From Acholeplasma laidlawii PG-8A (lineage in GTDB: Bacteria; Bacillota_I; Bacilli_A; Acholeplasmatales; Acholeplasmataceae), in contig NC_010163.1 of NCBI RefSeq assembly GCF_000018785.1, forward strand, positions 360,001-392,000: a DNA stretch of 32,000 bases, written 5' to 3'. Shown in pieces: positions 17,386 through 25,195 of the stretch (the stretch's first letter is position 1; each line of letters starts with the position of its first letter). The notes under the pieces were generated by a model. The model did not search any database, was not told the origin of the DNA, and was given only the letters and a program-made list of their open reading frames with translations. Both the position numbers and the translations under genes were made by a program.

Positions 17386-18660
17386 TTGGCCAAACTTAGA
17401 AAGTTTTATGACCTAGATAATGCAGCTAAAATTTTTCCTGTAGTAGCTAATGAGTCACGTAGCTACGTATTTAGGATCTCTGTTATATTTAAAGAACCCA
17501 TTAAAGTAGATATATTACAACAAGCACTTAATCGTACAACCAAACGTTTTAAACATCTAAACGTTCGTATTAGAAAAGGATTATTCTGGTATTATTTTGA
17601 AGAAAATTTGAAAGAACCCTTACTATATGAAGAAGATGGTATGATTAATCAATTTCTAGTGTTTAAAAGTAATAACGACTTTTTATTTAGAACACAGTAC
17701 TTTAAAGAAAGACTAAGTGTTGAGTTTTTCCATGCCCTAACAGATGGTAAAGGTGCATTAGAGTTTGTAAACTCGCTTGCTTATGAATACTTAACCTTAG
17801 ATGGTAAAACAATTGATCCTGAAGGTTTAGTTATACGTGCAGATGCAGCAGCAACCTATCAAGAAGTTGCTGATGAATTTCAAAAGTTATATCACGATAA
17901 AAAAATACCTAAAGTAAAAGAAATAAAAGCACATCGCATTAAGGGGACATTTTACCCAAAAAACTATAATGCTGTCATAAATGCTTATGTATCATTATCT
18001 AAAGTTAAAGCAACGGCTAAATCTTTTGATGTCACCATGAATGAACTCATGATTGGCATGATTATATTAGCGCTTAAACGCTCTGGTAAGATACAAAGTT
18101 ATAAACATTTAGCACGTATCTTTATACCTGTAAACATGCGTCAATACTATCCATCTGTTACTTTAAGAAACTTTGCTAGTTATGTACGTATTAATTATGA
18201 TCTTAATCAAGATGAAAATGAGTTAGAACATATTTTATCCTTTGTGAAACTAGAGATGAAAAATCAACTAAACCTAGAAGATATGGTCAACTCAATCATT
18301 CAAAATGTCCGTTATGAACAAAACAAACTACTTAGAATGACACCTTTAAGTATAAAGATTGTTGCAATGCGTAGTGTTTACGGAAAAATCGGTAATAAAC
18401 TGAATACATTTGACACTTCAAACTTAGGTTTAATTAAATTACCTAAAGATATGAGTGAGCATATCTCACATTATAGTTTTATGATTGTGCCTAACCTAGA
18501 TACACCAAAGGCTATGTCTTTTGTGTCGTTTAAGGATACAATGACGATTTCATTTATCTCTAAAATTGTAGAGCGTGATTTTGAAATTGAATTCTTTAAA
18601 ATCTTAAAATCACTGGATATTGAATCCCAAATTGAAGCCAATGGTTGGGAGGTTATATAA
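17386..18660 (+). CDS. HxxxD-motif acyltransferase-like protein (condensation/alcohol-acetyltransferase/WS-DGAT superfamily fold)
   Basis: 424 aa. The FFHALTDGKGALEF motif matches the HHxxxDG catalytic motif of this superfamily. No TM segments are present. It needs a TTG start, because the next in-frame Met is about 85 codons downstream. Confidence 0.6.
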   Translation: MAKLRKFYDLDNAAKIFPVVANESRSYVFRISVIFKEPIKVDILQQALNRTTKRFKHLNVRIRKGLFWYYFEENLKEPLLYEEDGMINQFLVFKSNNDFLFRTQYFKERLSVEFFHALTDGKGALEFVNSLAYEYLTLDGKTIDPEGLVIRADAAATYQEVADEFQKLYHDKKIPKVKEIKAHRIKGTFYPKNYNAVINAYVSLSKVKATAKSFDVTMNELMIGMIILALKRSGKIQSYKHLARIFIPVNMRQYYPSVTLRNFASYVRINYDLNQDENELEHILSFVKLEMKNQLNLEDMVNSIIQNVRYEQNKLLRMTPLSIKIVAMRSVYGKIGNKLNTFDTSNLGLIKLPKDMSEHISHYSFMIVPNLDTPKAMSFVSFKDTMTISFISKIVERDFEIEFFKILKSLDIESQIEANGWEVI

Positions 18661-19349
18661 TGAGATACTGTCAACATTGTCACGCATATTATTATAAGAA
18701 GGAAACAACTTGTACGATTTGCGGTAGACCTTTAATTGAAAAAACCCATGAGAGTAAAGTTATTACTCAAGGATACCCAACAATTAAACTTAAATCTAAT
18801 AAGGCTAAGTTTGTATCTAAGATATTTGGTGTGATCTCAATTGCGGTTGTCATCATCCTTGCAATGATAAACTTTGCTACATATAATTCTAATCCTACAC
18901 CTTGGAGTTTAATTGCAATAGGACCGATTGTCTATGCTTGGATACTGTTATCTCAAATTATTATATCCAAACACAATTATCCAACAAAAGTTAATAGACA
19001 AGTAATCCTTATAAGTTTGGTACTTATACTTATAGATGTGATTACAGAATATAAAGCTTGGAGTCTAACCTATGTTATACCAGCATTACTTGTAACAACT
19101 ACTATCATTTTACCGATTGTAGTGGCAAGTAAACCTAAAACATATTACTTACATGTGAGAAGTTTATTCTTCTTAATGATTATGAATTTTGTAGTAGGTA
19201 TTATTGGTTTTACAACACCATTTATGGAAACAGGTGTTACTTGGACGAGTTTATCTGTTTTAGCAGTAGGTATCTTACTACTTTCTACAATGTTTACCTT
19301 TGCTAGAAAAGATACATGGACTGAACTTATTAAGATATTTAGAATTTAA
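18660..19349 (+). CDS. Zinc-ribbon polytopic membrane protein of unknown function
   Basis: The N-terminus MRYCQHCHAYYYKKETTCTICG gives CxxC-x12-CxxC. About 6 hydrophobic helices follow. ATG 18660 is preceded by GGGAGG and overlaps the upstream stop (TAATG). Confidence 0.7.
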   Translation: MRYCQHCHAYYYKKETTCTICGRPLIEKTHESKVITQGYPTIKLKSNKAKFVSKIFGVISIAVVIILAMINFATYNSNPTPWSLIAIGPIVYAWILLSQIIISKHNYPTKVNRQVILISLVLILIDVITEYKAWSLTYVIPALLVTTTIILPIVVASKPKTYYLHVRSLFFLMIMNFVVGIIGFTTPFMETGVTWTSLSVLAVGILLLSTMFTFARKDTWTELIKIFRI

Positions 19350-19362
19350 ATAAAAGTAAAAT

Positions 19363-19404
19363 ACACCTCTTCTACCTACTATAAGTTAGAAGGGGTGTTT
19401 ATTT
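19363..19404 (+). terminator. Rho-independent terminator ending the five-gene operon
   Basis: ACACCTCTTCTA (19363-19374) pairs with TAGAAGGGGTGT (19387-19398), with one G-U pair. TTTATTT follows. Confidence 0.75.
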
Positions 19405-20058
19405 ATGAAACCAAGAGAAAAATTAATTCAACATGGCGTTCGTGCATTAGAAGACTATGAACTTATAGCTATTTTACTTAGAACAGGAAATACAAAGGAA
19501 GATGTTTTGTTACTTGCTAAAAAAGTGTTGTCTCAATTAGATAATTTTGAAGATATGTTACATATCACCGTAGAAGATTTACTTACAATTTATGGAATTA
19601 GTGATGCAAAAGCTACCACCATTATTGCTGCAGTAGAACTTGGAAGAAGATTAAGTGATAGAAAAAAACCAGTACGTAAAATGATAACTGAGTCGAGTGA
19701 GGTGTATCATTTACTTAAAGAGGATATGTCTTACCTAAGAAAAGAACACTTAATCGTTTTATGTTTAGATATCAAAGGTAATCTACTAAAAAATGAGACG
19801 ATCTATATGGGTACAACTTCATCTATTCAAGTATCTGTAAAAGATTTGTTTAAGTCTGCTGTAAGAATTGGTGCATTTGGCATTATTGTCGTCCATAATC
19901 ACCCAAGCGGTGATTCCACACCTAGTCAAGCAGATGATAAACTAACGAAACTTATTAAAAATGCTGGTGAAGTTTTATCCATTGAACTTATTGATCATAT
20001 TATTATAGGTAGAAATGAGTTTTTTTCATATCGTAGACAAAGAAGAGAAGAAATTTGA
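19405..20058 (+). CDS. radC: RadC-like JAB/MPN domain protein
   Basis: 217 aa with an N-terminal HhH region. The JAMM motif is HNHPSGDSTPSQAD. Confidence 0.9.
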   Translation: MKPREKLIQHGVRALEDYELIAILLRTGNTKEDVLLLAKKVLSQLDNFEDMLHITVEDLLTIYGISDAKATTIIAAVELGRRLSDRKKPVRKMITESSEVYHLLKEDMSYLRKEHLIVLCLDIKGNLLKNETIYMGTTSSIQVSVKDLFKSAVRIGAFGIIVVHNHPSGDSTPSQADDKLTKLIKNAGEVLSIELIDHIIIGRNEFFSYRRQRREEI

Positions 20059-20086
20059 TATAATAAATAAAAAAGGTAAAAACCAT

Positions 20087-21040
20087 ATGAAGAAAAACTC
20101 TAATAAAAAATTCTGGTATTTTGTAGGTATAGGTACACTACTTATTATACTTATGATGATTGTTTCATCCATCATGCAAGTAGGAGAACACTTAAAAAGT
20201 GTACATGAGTATGCACCTTACATATTTTATGGACTTTCATTTTTATTAGTGTATTTTTTAATTATTAGACCGGTTGTAATTATCTTATTTTCACCCTCTT
20301 TTTCAATTGGTACAACATTAGATAAAAACCCTAAAAGAGAACATAAGGTTTATAAGAAAGTAGCTAAACGTATTTTAGAACAAGAAGACTTACCAGAAGG
20401 CATGAAAAAGAATTTAGAAGATTCTATGCACGATCCTTATGAGTTAAGAGATGCTCTAAATAATGTATACAATAAACATTTAAAGAAAAAATTAAACAAA
20501 GTCATACGTCAACATGCAAAGACAGTCATGGTATCCACTGCAATCTCACAAAATGGACGATTAGATTTTATTACAGTGGTTGTAGTCAATATTAAAATGA
20601 TTAAAGAAATTGTTGTATTATGTGGGTTTAGACCAAGTTATAGAAATCTAGCAAAACTGGTTATCAATGTATTTGTTACAGCACTTATTGCAGAAGGTTT
20701 AGAAAATATTAATCTAAATGATATTATCCCAACATCTACAATGAAGATGCTTGGTGAAATACCGTTAATTAGACCGATTATGTCTAGTGTGATAGAAGGG
20801 GTGTCTAATGCGCTACTAACACTTAGAATAGGCATTGTAACCAGAAAATACCTATTTGATGACGCACCGGATCTTACAAAAGAAAAGATTAGATATGGCG
20901 CTTTAATTGAAGCTGCTAAACACTTACCAATCGTTATTGCTGATGGATTATTCTTATTTCCAAAGACAATTATGAACATGTTTAAATCTAAAGAACCTAA
21001 GCTTGAAGCACTTGATGGTGGAGCAAATCCCACGGAATAA
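20087..21040 (+). CDS. Membrane protein, YcjF/DUF697-like (UPF0283)
   Basis: 317 aa counted from ATG 20087 (MKKNSNKKFWYF...). Two N-terminal TM helices are followed by a domain resembling DUF697 (VSTAISQNGRLDFITVVVVNIKMIKEI). The family assignment comes from recall only. Confidence 0.5.
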   Translation: MKKNSNKKFWYFVGIGTLLIILMMIVSSIMQVGEHLKSVHEYAPYIFYGLSFLLVYFLIIRPVVIILFSPSFSIGTTLDKNPKREHKVYKKVAKRILEQEDLPEGMKKNLEDSMHDPYELRDALNNVYNKHLKKKLNKVIRQHAKTVMVSTAISQNGRLDFITVVVVNIKMIKEIVVLCGFRPSYRNLAKLVINVFVTALIAEGLENINLNDIIPTSTMKMLGEIPLIRPIMSSVIEGVSNALLTLRIGIVTRKYLFDDAPDLTKEKIRYGALIEAAKHLPIVIADGLFLFPKTIMNMFKSKEPKLEALDGGANPTE

Positions 21041-21080
21041 CTAAGTTTTGAAATTAAGTTTTAGAAGCTGTAAAAAAACC

Positions 21081-21109
21081 TTGACAAAAGTATCAAATTA
21101 TAATAAAAT
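21081..21109 (+). promoter_or_regulatory. Promoter candidate for the rplU operon
   Basis: TTGACA (21081-21086), 17-nt spacer, TAAAAT (21104-21109). Confidence 0.6.
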
Positions 21110-21114
21110 AACAG

Positions 21115-21195
21115 TTGCGTTGTACCACATAGAAAAGGTTATAAATGTCTTGTGACTACCTTCATAGTGAGTCTTCAAATAAAATAAAAGGAGGA
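21115..21195 (+). ncRNA. Probable ribosomal protein L21 leader (autoregulatory 5' UTR)
   Basis: This is an untranslated region of about 90 nt between the promoter candidate and the rplU RBS AAAGGAGG. Low-GC Gram-positive bacteria carry the L21 leader in this position. I did not resolve the structure by eye. Confidence 0.4.
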
Positions 21196-21202
21196 AACAC
21201 AC

Positions 21203-21502
21203 ATGTTTGCAATTATCCAAACAGGCGGTAAACAAGTTAAAGTAACAGAAGGACAAGAAATCTACGTTGAAAAACTAGATGTCGAAGCTGGTGATACTTT
21301 CGAATTTACTGAAGTATTAGCAACATCAGACAAAATTGGTCACCCATATGTAGAAGGTGCTAAAGTTGTTGCTGAAGTTATTAAACAAGGTAGACAAAGA
21401 AAGATTATTGTTTTCAAATATAAAAGACGTAAAAATTATAGAAGAAAACAAGGTCATAGACAAGCTTACACTAAGTTAGTTGTCAAATCAATTCAAGGCT
21501 AA
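21203..21502 (+). CDS. rplU: 50S ribosomal protein L21
   Basis: [14 protein letters not shown] is the classic L21 N-terminus. Strong RBS. Confidence 0.97.
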   Translation: MFAIIQTGGKQVKVTEGQEIYVEKLDVEAGDTFEFTEVLATSDKIGHPYVEGAKVVAEVIKQGRQRKIIVFKYKRRKNYRRKQGHRQAYTKLVVKSIQG

Positions 21503-21816
21503 TGATTAAGTATCATTTCAAAAAAGATCATGGTTTCATTAAAGGACTCGACGTTAAAGGGCACGCGCTCTTTGGTGAATACGGTACAGACATTGTATGT
21601 AGTGCAGTATCAACCGCTTTAATCGTTACTGTGAATGCTATTGAAACGTTAGGGTATAAAGAAAACTTTTATGCCAAAGTAGAAGAAGGAAACTTTGAAT
21701 TACAGATCAATCAAACAAATGACGTAATTGAAGGTTTACTTATCAATTTAGAATACACATTAAATGAGCTCGCAGCTCAATATAAAACTTACATTAAAAA
21801 CCATAAGGAGGGATAA
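21502..21816 (+). CDS. prp: Ribosomal-processing cysteine protease Prp (YsxB)
   Basis: 104 aa between rplU and rpm[20 protein letters not shown] carries the His/Cys catalytic dyad. A TAATG overlap links it to rplU. Confidence 0.9.
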   Translation: MIKYHFKKDHGFIKGLDVKGHALFGEYGTDIVCSAVSTALIVTVNAIETLGYKENFYAKVEEGNFELQINQTNDVIEGLLINLEYTLNELAAQYKTYIKNHKEG

Positions 21817-21817
21817 C

Positions 21818-22096
21818 ATGTTAAAGATTAATATTCAGTTATTCGCATCTAAAAAAGGGGTAGGGTCATCAAGAAACGGACGTGACTCTAGATCTCAAAG
21901 ATTAGGATCAAAATTATCTGATGGACAATTCGCTTCAGCTGGTTCAATTATTTATCGCCAAAGAGGAACTAAAATTCATCCAGGCAATAACGTTGGACGT
22001 GGCGGAGATGATACTTTATTCGCTAAAGTAACAGGAACTGTAAAATACGAACGTAAAGGTAAAAACCGTACGCAAGTATCAGTTTACGAAGCTTAA
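21818..22096 (+). CDS. rpmA: 50S ribosomal protein L27 with a cleavable N-terminal extension
   Basis: [27 protein letters not shown] 21818 follows AAGGAGGG. The track start at 21764 lies inside prp. Confidence 0.95.
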   Translation: MLKINIQLFASKKGVGSSRNGRDSRSQRLGSKLSDGQFASAGSIIYRQRGTKIHPGNNVGRGGDDTLFAKVTGTVKYERKGKNRTQVSVYEA

Positions 22097-22100
22097 TATT

Positions 22101-22130
22101 AAAAGGGTAATTGATTATTACCCTTTTTTG
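22101..22130 (+). terminator. Rho-independent terminator or attenuator after rpmA
   Basis: AAAAGGGTAAT (22101-22111) pairs with ATTACCCTTTT (22117-22127). A T-run follows. Confidence 0.8.
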
Positions 22131-22163
22131 TTGTAAAATTTTAGATACGAAGGAAGTGAAACA

Positions 22164-23423
22164 ATGAGCGCATTTGTAGATGCAGTAACAGTAGAAGTAA
22201 AAGCAGGACGCGGTGGTAACGGTAAAGTTGCATTCCGTAGAGAAGCACACGTGGAGTTTGGTGGACCCGCTGGTGGTAATGGTGGCCGTGGTGGTCATAT
22301 TTACTTTATTGGTGATGAAGGTAAAAATACGTTAATAGATTTAAAATACAACAGACATATCAAAGCTGCTAATGGTGTCCATGGTGGCCCTAAAGGGATG
22401 CATGGCGCACACGCAGAAGATACATATGTTCGTGTACCATTAGGTACAATTGTATATGATGATAAAGAAAATTTAATTGGTGAAGTGTTAGAACATGGTC
22501 AAACTTTATTAATTGCTCAAGGTGGCAAAGGTGGCCGTGGTAATATGGCGTTTGCATCCAACAATAATAAAGCACCTGACTTTGCAGAACAAGGTGATTT
22601 AGGTCAAATATTCTTAGCAAAAGTAGAACTTCAAGTCCTAGCAGATGTTGGTTTATTAGGTTATCCTAATGTTGGTAAATCGACTTTAATTACTAGAATC
22701 TCAAATGCAAAAGCTAAAATAGCTGACTACCAATTTACAACACTATCTCCACAACTTGGTATGGTTAATGTGGAAGATGATGCGTTTGTTGTTGCAGACT
22801 TACCTGGATTAATTGAGTTTGCGCACCTTGGTGTTGGTTTAGGCTTACAATTCTTAAAACACGTTGAACGTTGTAGAGTTTTATTACATATCGTATCTAT
22901 GGATTCATTAGATCCACTAGATGACTACAATAAGATTAACAATGAATTAGTGTTATATGATGAAAAACTAAAAGACAGAACTCAAATAGTCGTAGCAAAT
23001 AAGATGGACGTTGAAGGTGCACAAGAAAAGTTTGAAGCCTTCAAAAAAGCATTAAAAGATGTTAAAGTTATTCCGATTTCAGCACTGATGAATGATGGTA
23101 TTCAAACGCTTAAATATGAAATTGCTACAACATTAAAAACTATCCCTAAATTTGCTCCAAAAGATACTACAAAACACTATACACTGAATGCAGAAGATGC
23201 AGTAGATTTCATCATCAATAAAGGTGATGACGGTGTCTTTGAATTAACAGGTGATAAATTATTTGTTTTATTTAATAGAACAGACTTTAATAATGAATCA
23301 GCTGTGAAACGTTTTGCAAGACAGCTACGTGGTTTAGGTATCGAAGATGCACTTAGAGAACATGGTGTTGTTCATGGTGATATCGTACGTATCTTCTCTT
23401 ATGAATTTGAATATTTAGAATAA
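22164..23423 (+). CDS. obg: GTPase Obg/CgtA
   Basis: The Gly-rich Obg fold shows GRGGNG, GGNGGRGG and GGKGGRGN. G1 is GYPNVGKST, G3 is DLPG and G4 is NKMD. A C-terminal OCT domain is present. Confidence 0.95.
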   Translation: MSAFVDAVTVEVKAGRGGNGKVAFRREAHVEFGGPAGGNGGRGGHIYFIGDEGKNTLIDLKYNRHIKAANGVHGGPKGMHGAHAEDTYVRVPLGTIVYDDKENLIGEVLEHGQTLLIAQGGKGGRGNMAFASNNNKAPDFAEQGDLGQIFLAKVELQVLADVGLLGYPNVGKSTLITRISNAKAKIADYQFTTLSPQLGMVNVEDDAFVVADLPGLIEFAHLGVGLGLQFLKHVERCRVLLHIVSMDSLDPLDDYNKINNELVLYDEKLKDRTQIVVANKMDVEGAQEKFEAFKKALKDVKVIPISALMNDGIQTLKYEIATTLKTIPKFAPKDTTKHYTLNAEDAVDFIINKGDDGVFELTGDKLFVLFNRTDFNNESAVKRFARQLRGLGIEDALREHGVVHGDIVRIFSYEFEYLE

Positions 23424-23432
23424 TCTAGTACT

Positions 23433-23468
23433 AATCCGAGCCCTATTAAGAGCTCGGATTTTTATTTT
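23433..23468 (+). terminator. Rho-independent terminator after obg
   Basis: AATCCGAGC (23433-23441) pairs with GCTCGGATT (23452-23460), followed by TTTATTTT. Confidence 0.8.
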
Positions 23469-23528
23469 AAATACACTAAAGACCTAAGATTACCAACTAA
23501 GGACTTTGTACTTGAATTATTATTTCAT

Positions 23529-23557
23529 TTGACTATACTTGATATTTTGTATATACT
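23529..23557 (+). promoter_or_regulatory. Promoter candidate for the first lipoprotein gene
   Basis: TTGACT (23529-23534), 17-nt spacer, TATACT (23552-23557). Confidence 0.5.
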
Positions 23558-23659
23558 TGTTTAAACATTAAAATGTATACTAAGCAACAACAAAGATCTA
23601 TCATACAGTAATCATAAAGCTAAAGTTATATATTAGACCAAATCTGGAGGTTTATAGAT

Positions 23660-24433
23660 ATGAAAAAAACATTATTTATTATATTAAGTGTGGTAGCAAT
23701 CTTACTTTTTTCAGGATGTTCATCTATAGGTATTACAGATGTACAACCGGTTAGTTTAGAGTTTAAAAATCCAACTAAAGTAGTGTATGGTACAAATAGA
23801 ACAAATTATGATGAGCAAAATCAAATCTATAAAGACCCTATTGAATATGAAATACCTGAAGATAGTGTTAAAGGTGTGGTAAAGAAATTATTGTCATTAA
23901 CCTACAAAAAATATGAAGGCAACATCGATGCATCGCCAATAAATGATTATATTGTAATGTATGACAATGACAATAATTTTGTTACTATCCAAATTGGATC
24001 TCTTAATGAAGATGGTATGCATTATGAACTTGTAGGTATAGATGCATTTATAGACTATCTAATGCAAGTCGTTACACCTAAAGGTGGAAAGTTTTACACG
24101 ATACAAGAAGCATATGATCAAGGACTTTTAACACTAGAAAATTTAAATTTATTACACAAATATCATGAACGGGTACAAATCCAACTTGAACTAGATTCAA
24201 TTTTTGAAGGGGCTATAAAGAAAACTAGATTAGCAGAATTGATAAACGATTATCCGAATGCAACTTTAGAAAACATTAATATAGATAAATATTATGGCAA
24301 ATATGAGTCTGCTTATGCTGTTAAAATATCAGTAACGTTTTACATTTATGGTGGCATCGTAAGTGAAACTATTGAAGGGTTAGAATTTGTATTCAATGGA
24401 CCTTCTACACTCATCTGGTGTGATACAAAGTAG
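23660..24433 (+). CDS. Putative lipoprotein of unknown function
   Basis: The signal peptide is MKKTLFIILSVVAILLFSGC|SS with a lipobox-like FSGC. RBS is GGAGG. I recognised no other motif. Confidence 0.7.
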   Translation: MKKTLFIILSVVAILLFSGCSSIGITDVQPVSLEFKNPTKVVYGTNRTNYDEQNQIYKDPIEYEIPEDSVKGVVKKLLSLTYKKYEGNIDASPINDYIVMYDNDNNFVTIQIGSLNEDGMHYELVGIDAFIDYLMQVVTPKGGKFYTIQEAYDQGLLTLENLNLLHKYHERVQIQLELDSIFEGAIKKTRLAELINDYPNATLENINIDKYYGKYESAYAVKISVTFYIYGGIVSETIEGLEFVFNGPSTLIWCDTK

Positions 24434-24541
24434 AAGTGGTAGATAGAAACTAACAACACAATAAATGATATATTGCACCAATCAATAATCTTAAAAAGAT
24501 TTAAGAAGTTTAATAAAATGTCATGATTGTAGAATAAATAA

Positions 24542-24569
24542 TTGATACATATAATTACTTTATTATAAT
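24542..24569 (+). promoter_or_regulatory. Promoter candidate for the second lipoprotein gene
   Basis: TTGATA (24542-24547), 16-nt spacer, TATAAT (24564-24569). Confidence 0.5.
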
Positions 24570-24599
24570 AATAACAGCGTTAAAAGGGGATTTAAACAC

Positions 24600-25106
24600 A
24601 TGAAAAAAACAATATTAGCTTTATTAATGGTACTAGTTATAACATTAAGTGCATGCACAAAAGAAAATAAGAACTACAAAATAGTGGGTCATTATGATAA
24701 ATATATGACGATAATATCTGATTCATTTAGAATGGATAATTATGATACTTACCTTCAATTTATTAGTAATGAAAATGATTACCATGTCAAAGCCTTCAAA
24801 GATTTATACGTATACGATGAAGCATTTTTTGAAGAAAACAGTTTAGTATATATCACTTTTGAAAGAAATAATTCTGGTTATGACGTTAAGTTAAATAGTG
24901 TCAACATAAAAGATAATGAAGTTGTCTTTAACTTCTCATATAAAGGACCAGATGTTTTAAATGTAATAATGATGGAGATGTATCTTGTAGAAATTAAAAA
25001 ATCTTATTTAGAAGATTATCAAATAAGGCTATATGTAGAAAGAAATGATGTTGAATTTGATAGAACAAGGATTATAACTGATGAAATAATACCTAATGAA
25101 TTATAG
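24600..25106 (+). CDS. Putative lipoprotein of unknown function
   Basis: MKKTILALLMVLVITLSAC|TKE carries the canonical lipobox LSAC. RBS is AAAGGGGA. Confidence 0.7.
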   Translation: MKKTILALLMVLVITLSACTKENKNYKIVGHYDKYMTIISDSFRMDNYDTYLQFISNENDYHVKAFKDLYVYDEAFFEENSLVYITFERNNSGYDVKLNSVNIKDNEVVFNFSYKGPDVLNVIMMEMYLVEIKKSYLEDYQIRLYVERNDVEFDRTRIITDEIIPNEL

Positions 25107-25139
25107 AGGGTAGTAAATAAAATTAGATACACATATAAG

Positions 25140-25180
25140 AAAAAAATCCAAGTCATTTATTAGGACTTGGATTTGTTTTT
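25140..25180. terminator. Bidirectional terminator between convergent genes
   Basis: ATCCAAGTC (25146-25154) pairs with GACTTGGAT (25164-25172). An A-run lies upstream and TTGTTTTT downstream, so it could terminate transcription from either strand. Confidence 0.75.
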
Positions 25181-25195
25181 AGAGAGCCTATTTAC

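Noticed and set aside
20638-21033. 131-aa minus-strand ORF antisense to the DUF697-like gene.
   Set aside because: It lies entirely within a better-supported + strand gene. Its Ser/Ile/Phe-rich, low-complexity composition is typical of antisense frames in AT-rich coding DNA, and it has no RBS. The same applies to the other short minus-strand track ORFs: 1069-1275, 1606-1824, 3011-3304, 4158-4436, 6281-6463, 7286-7468, 8207-8479, 11599-11787, 14735-14929, 15120-15302, 16344-16571, 16758-16949, 18471-18683, 22390-22620 and 30698-30955.
21081-21104. TTGACA paired with the perfect TATAAT at 21099-21104 as the rplU promoter.
   Set aside because: The spacer would be only 12 nt. The overlapping TAAAAT at 21104-21109 gives the canonical 17-nt spacing, so I used that instead.
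22023-22298. 91-aa minus-strand ORF spanning the rpmA 3' end, the terminator and the obg 5' end.
   Set aside because: It runs antisense across two highly conserved genes and a terminator hairpin. Its Thr/Cys/Phe-rich translation does not look like a real protein.
23573-23611. 12-codon ORF (MYTKQQQRSIIQ) in the obg-lipoprotein intergenic region, possibly a leader peptide.
   Set aside because: There is no Shine-Dalgarno upstream, no associated attenuator structure and no informative codon content. It is probably chance.
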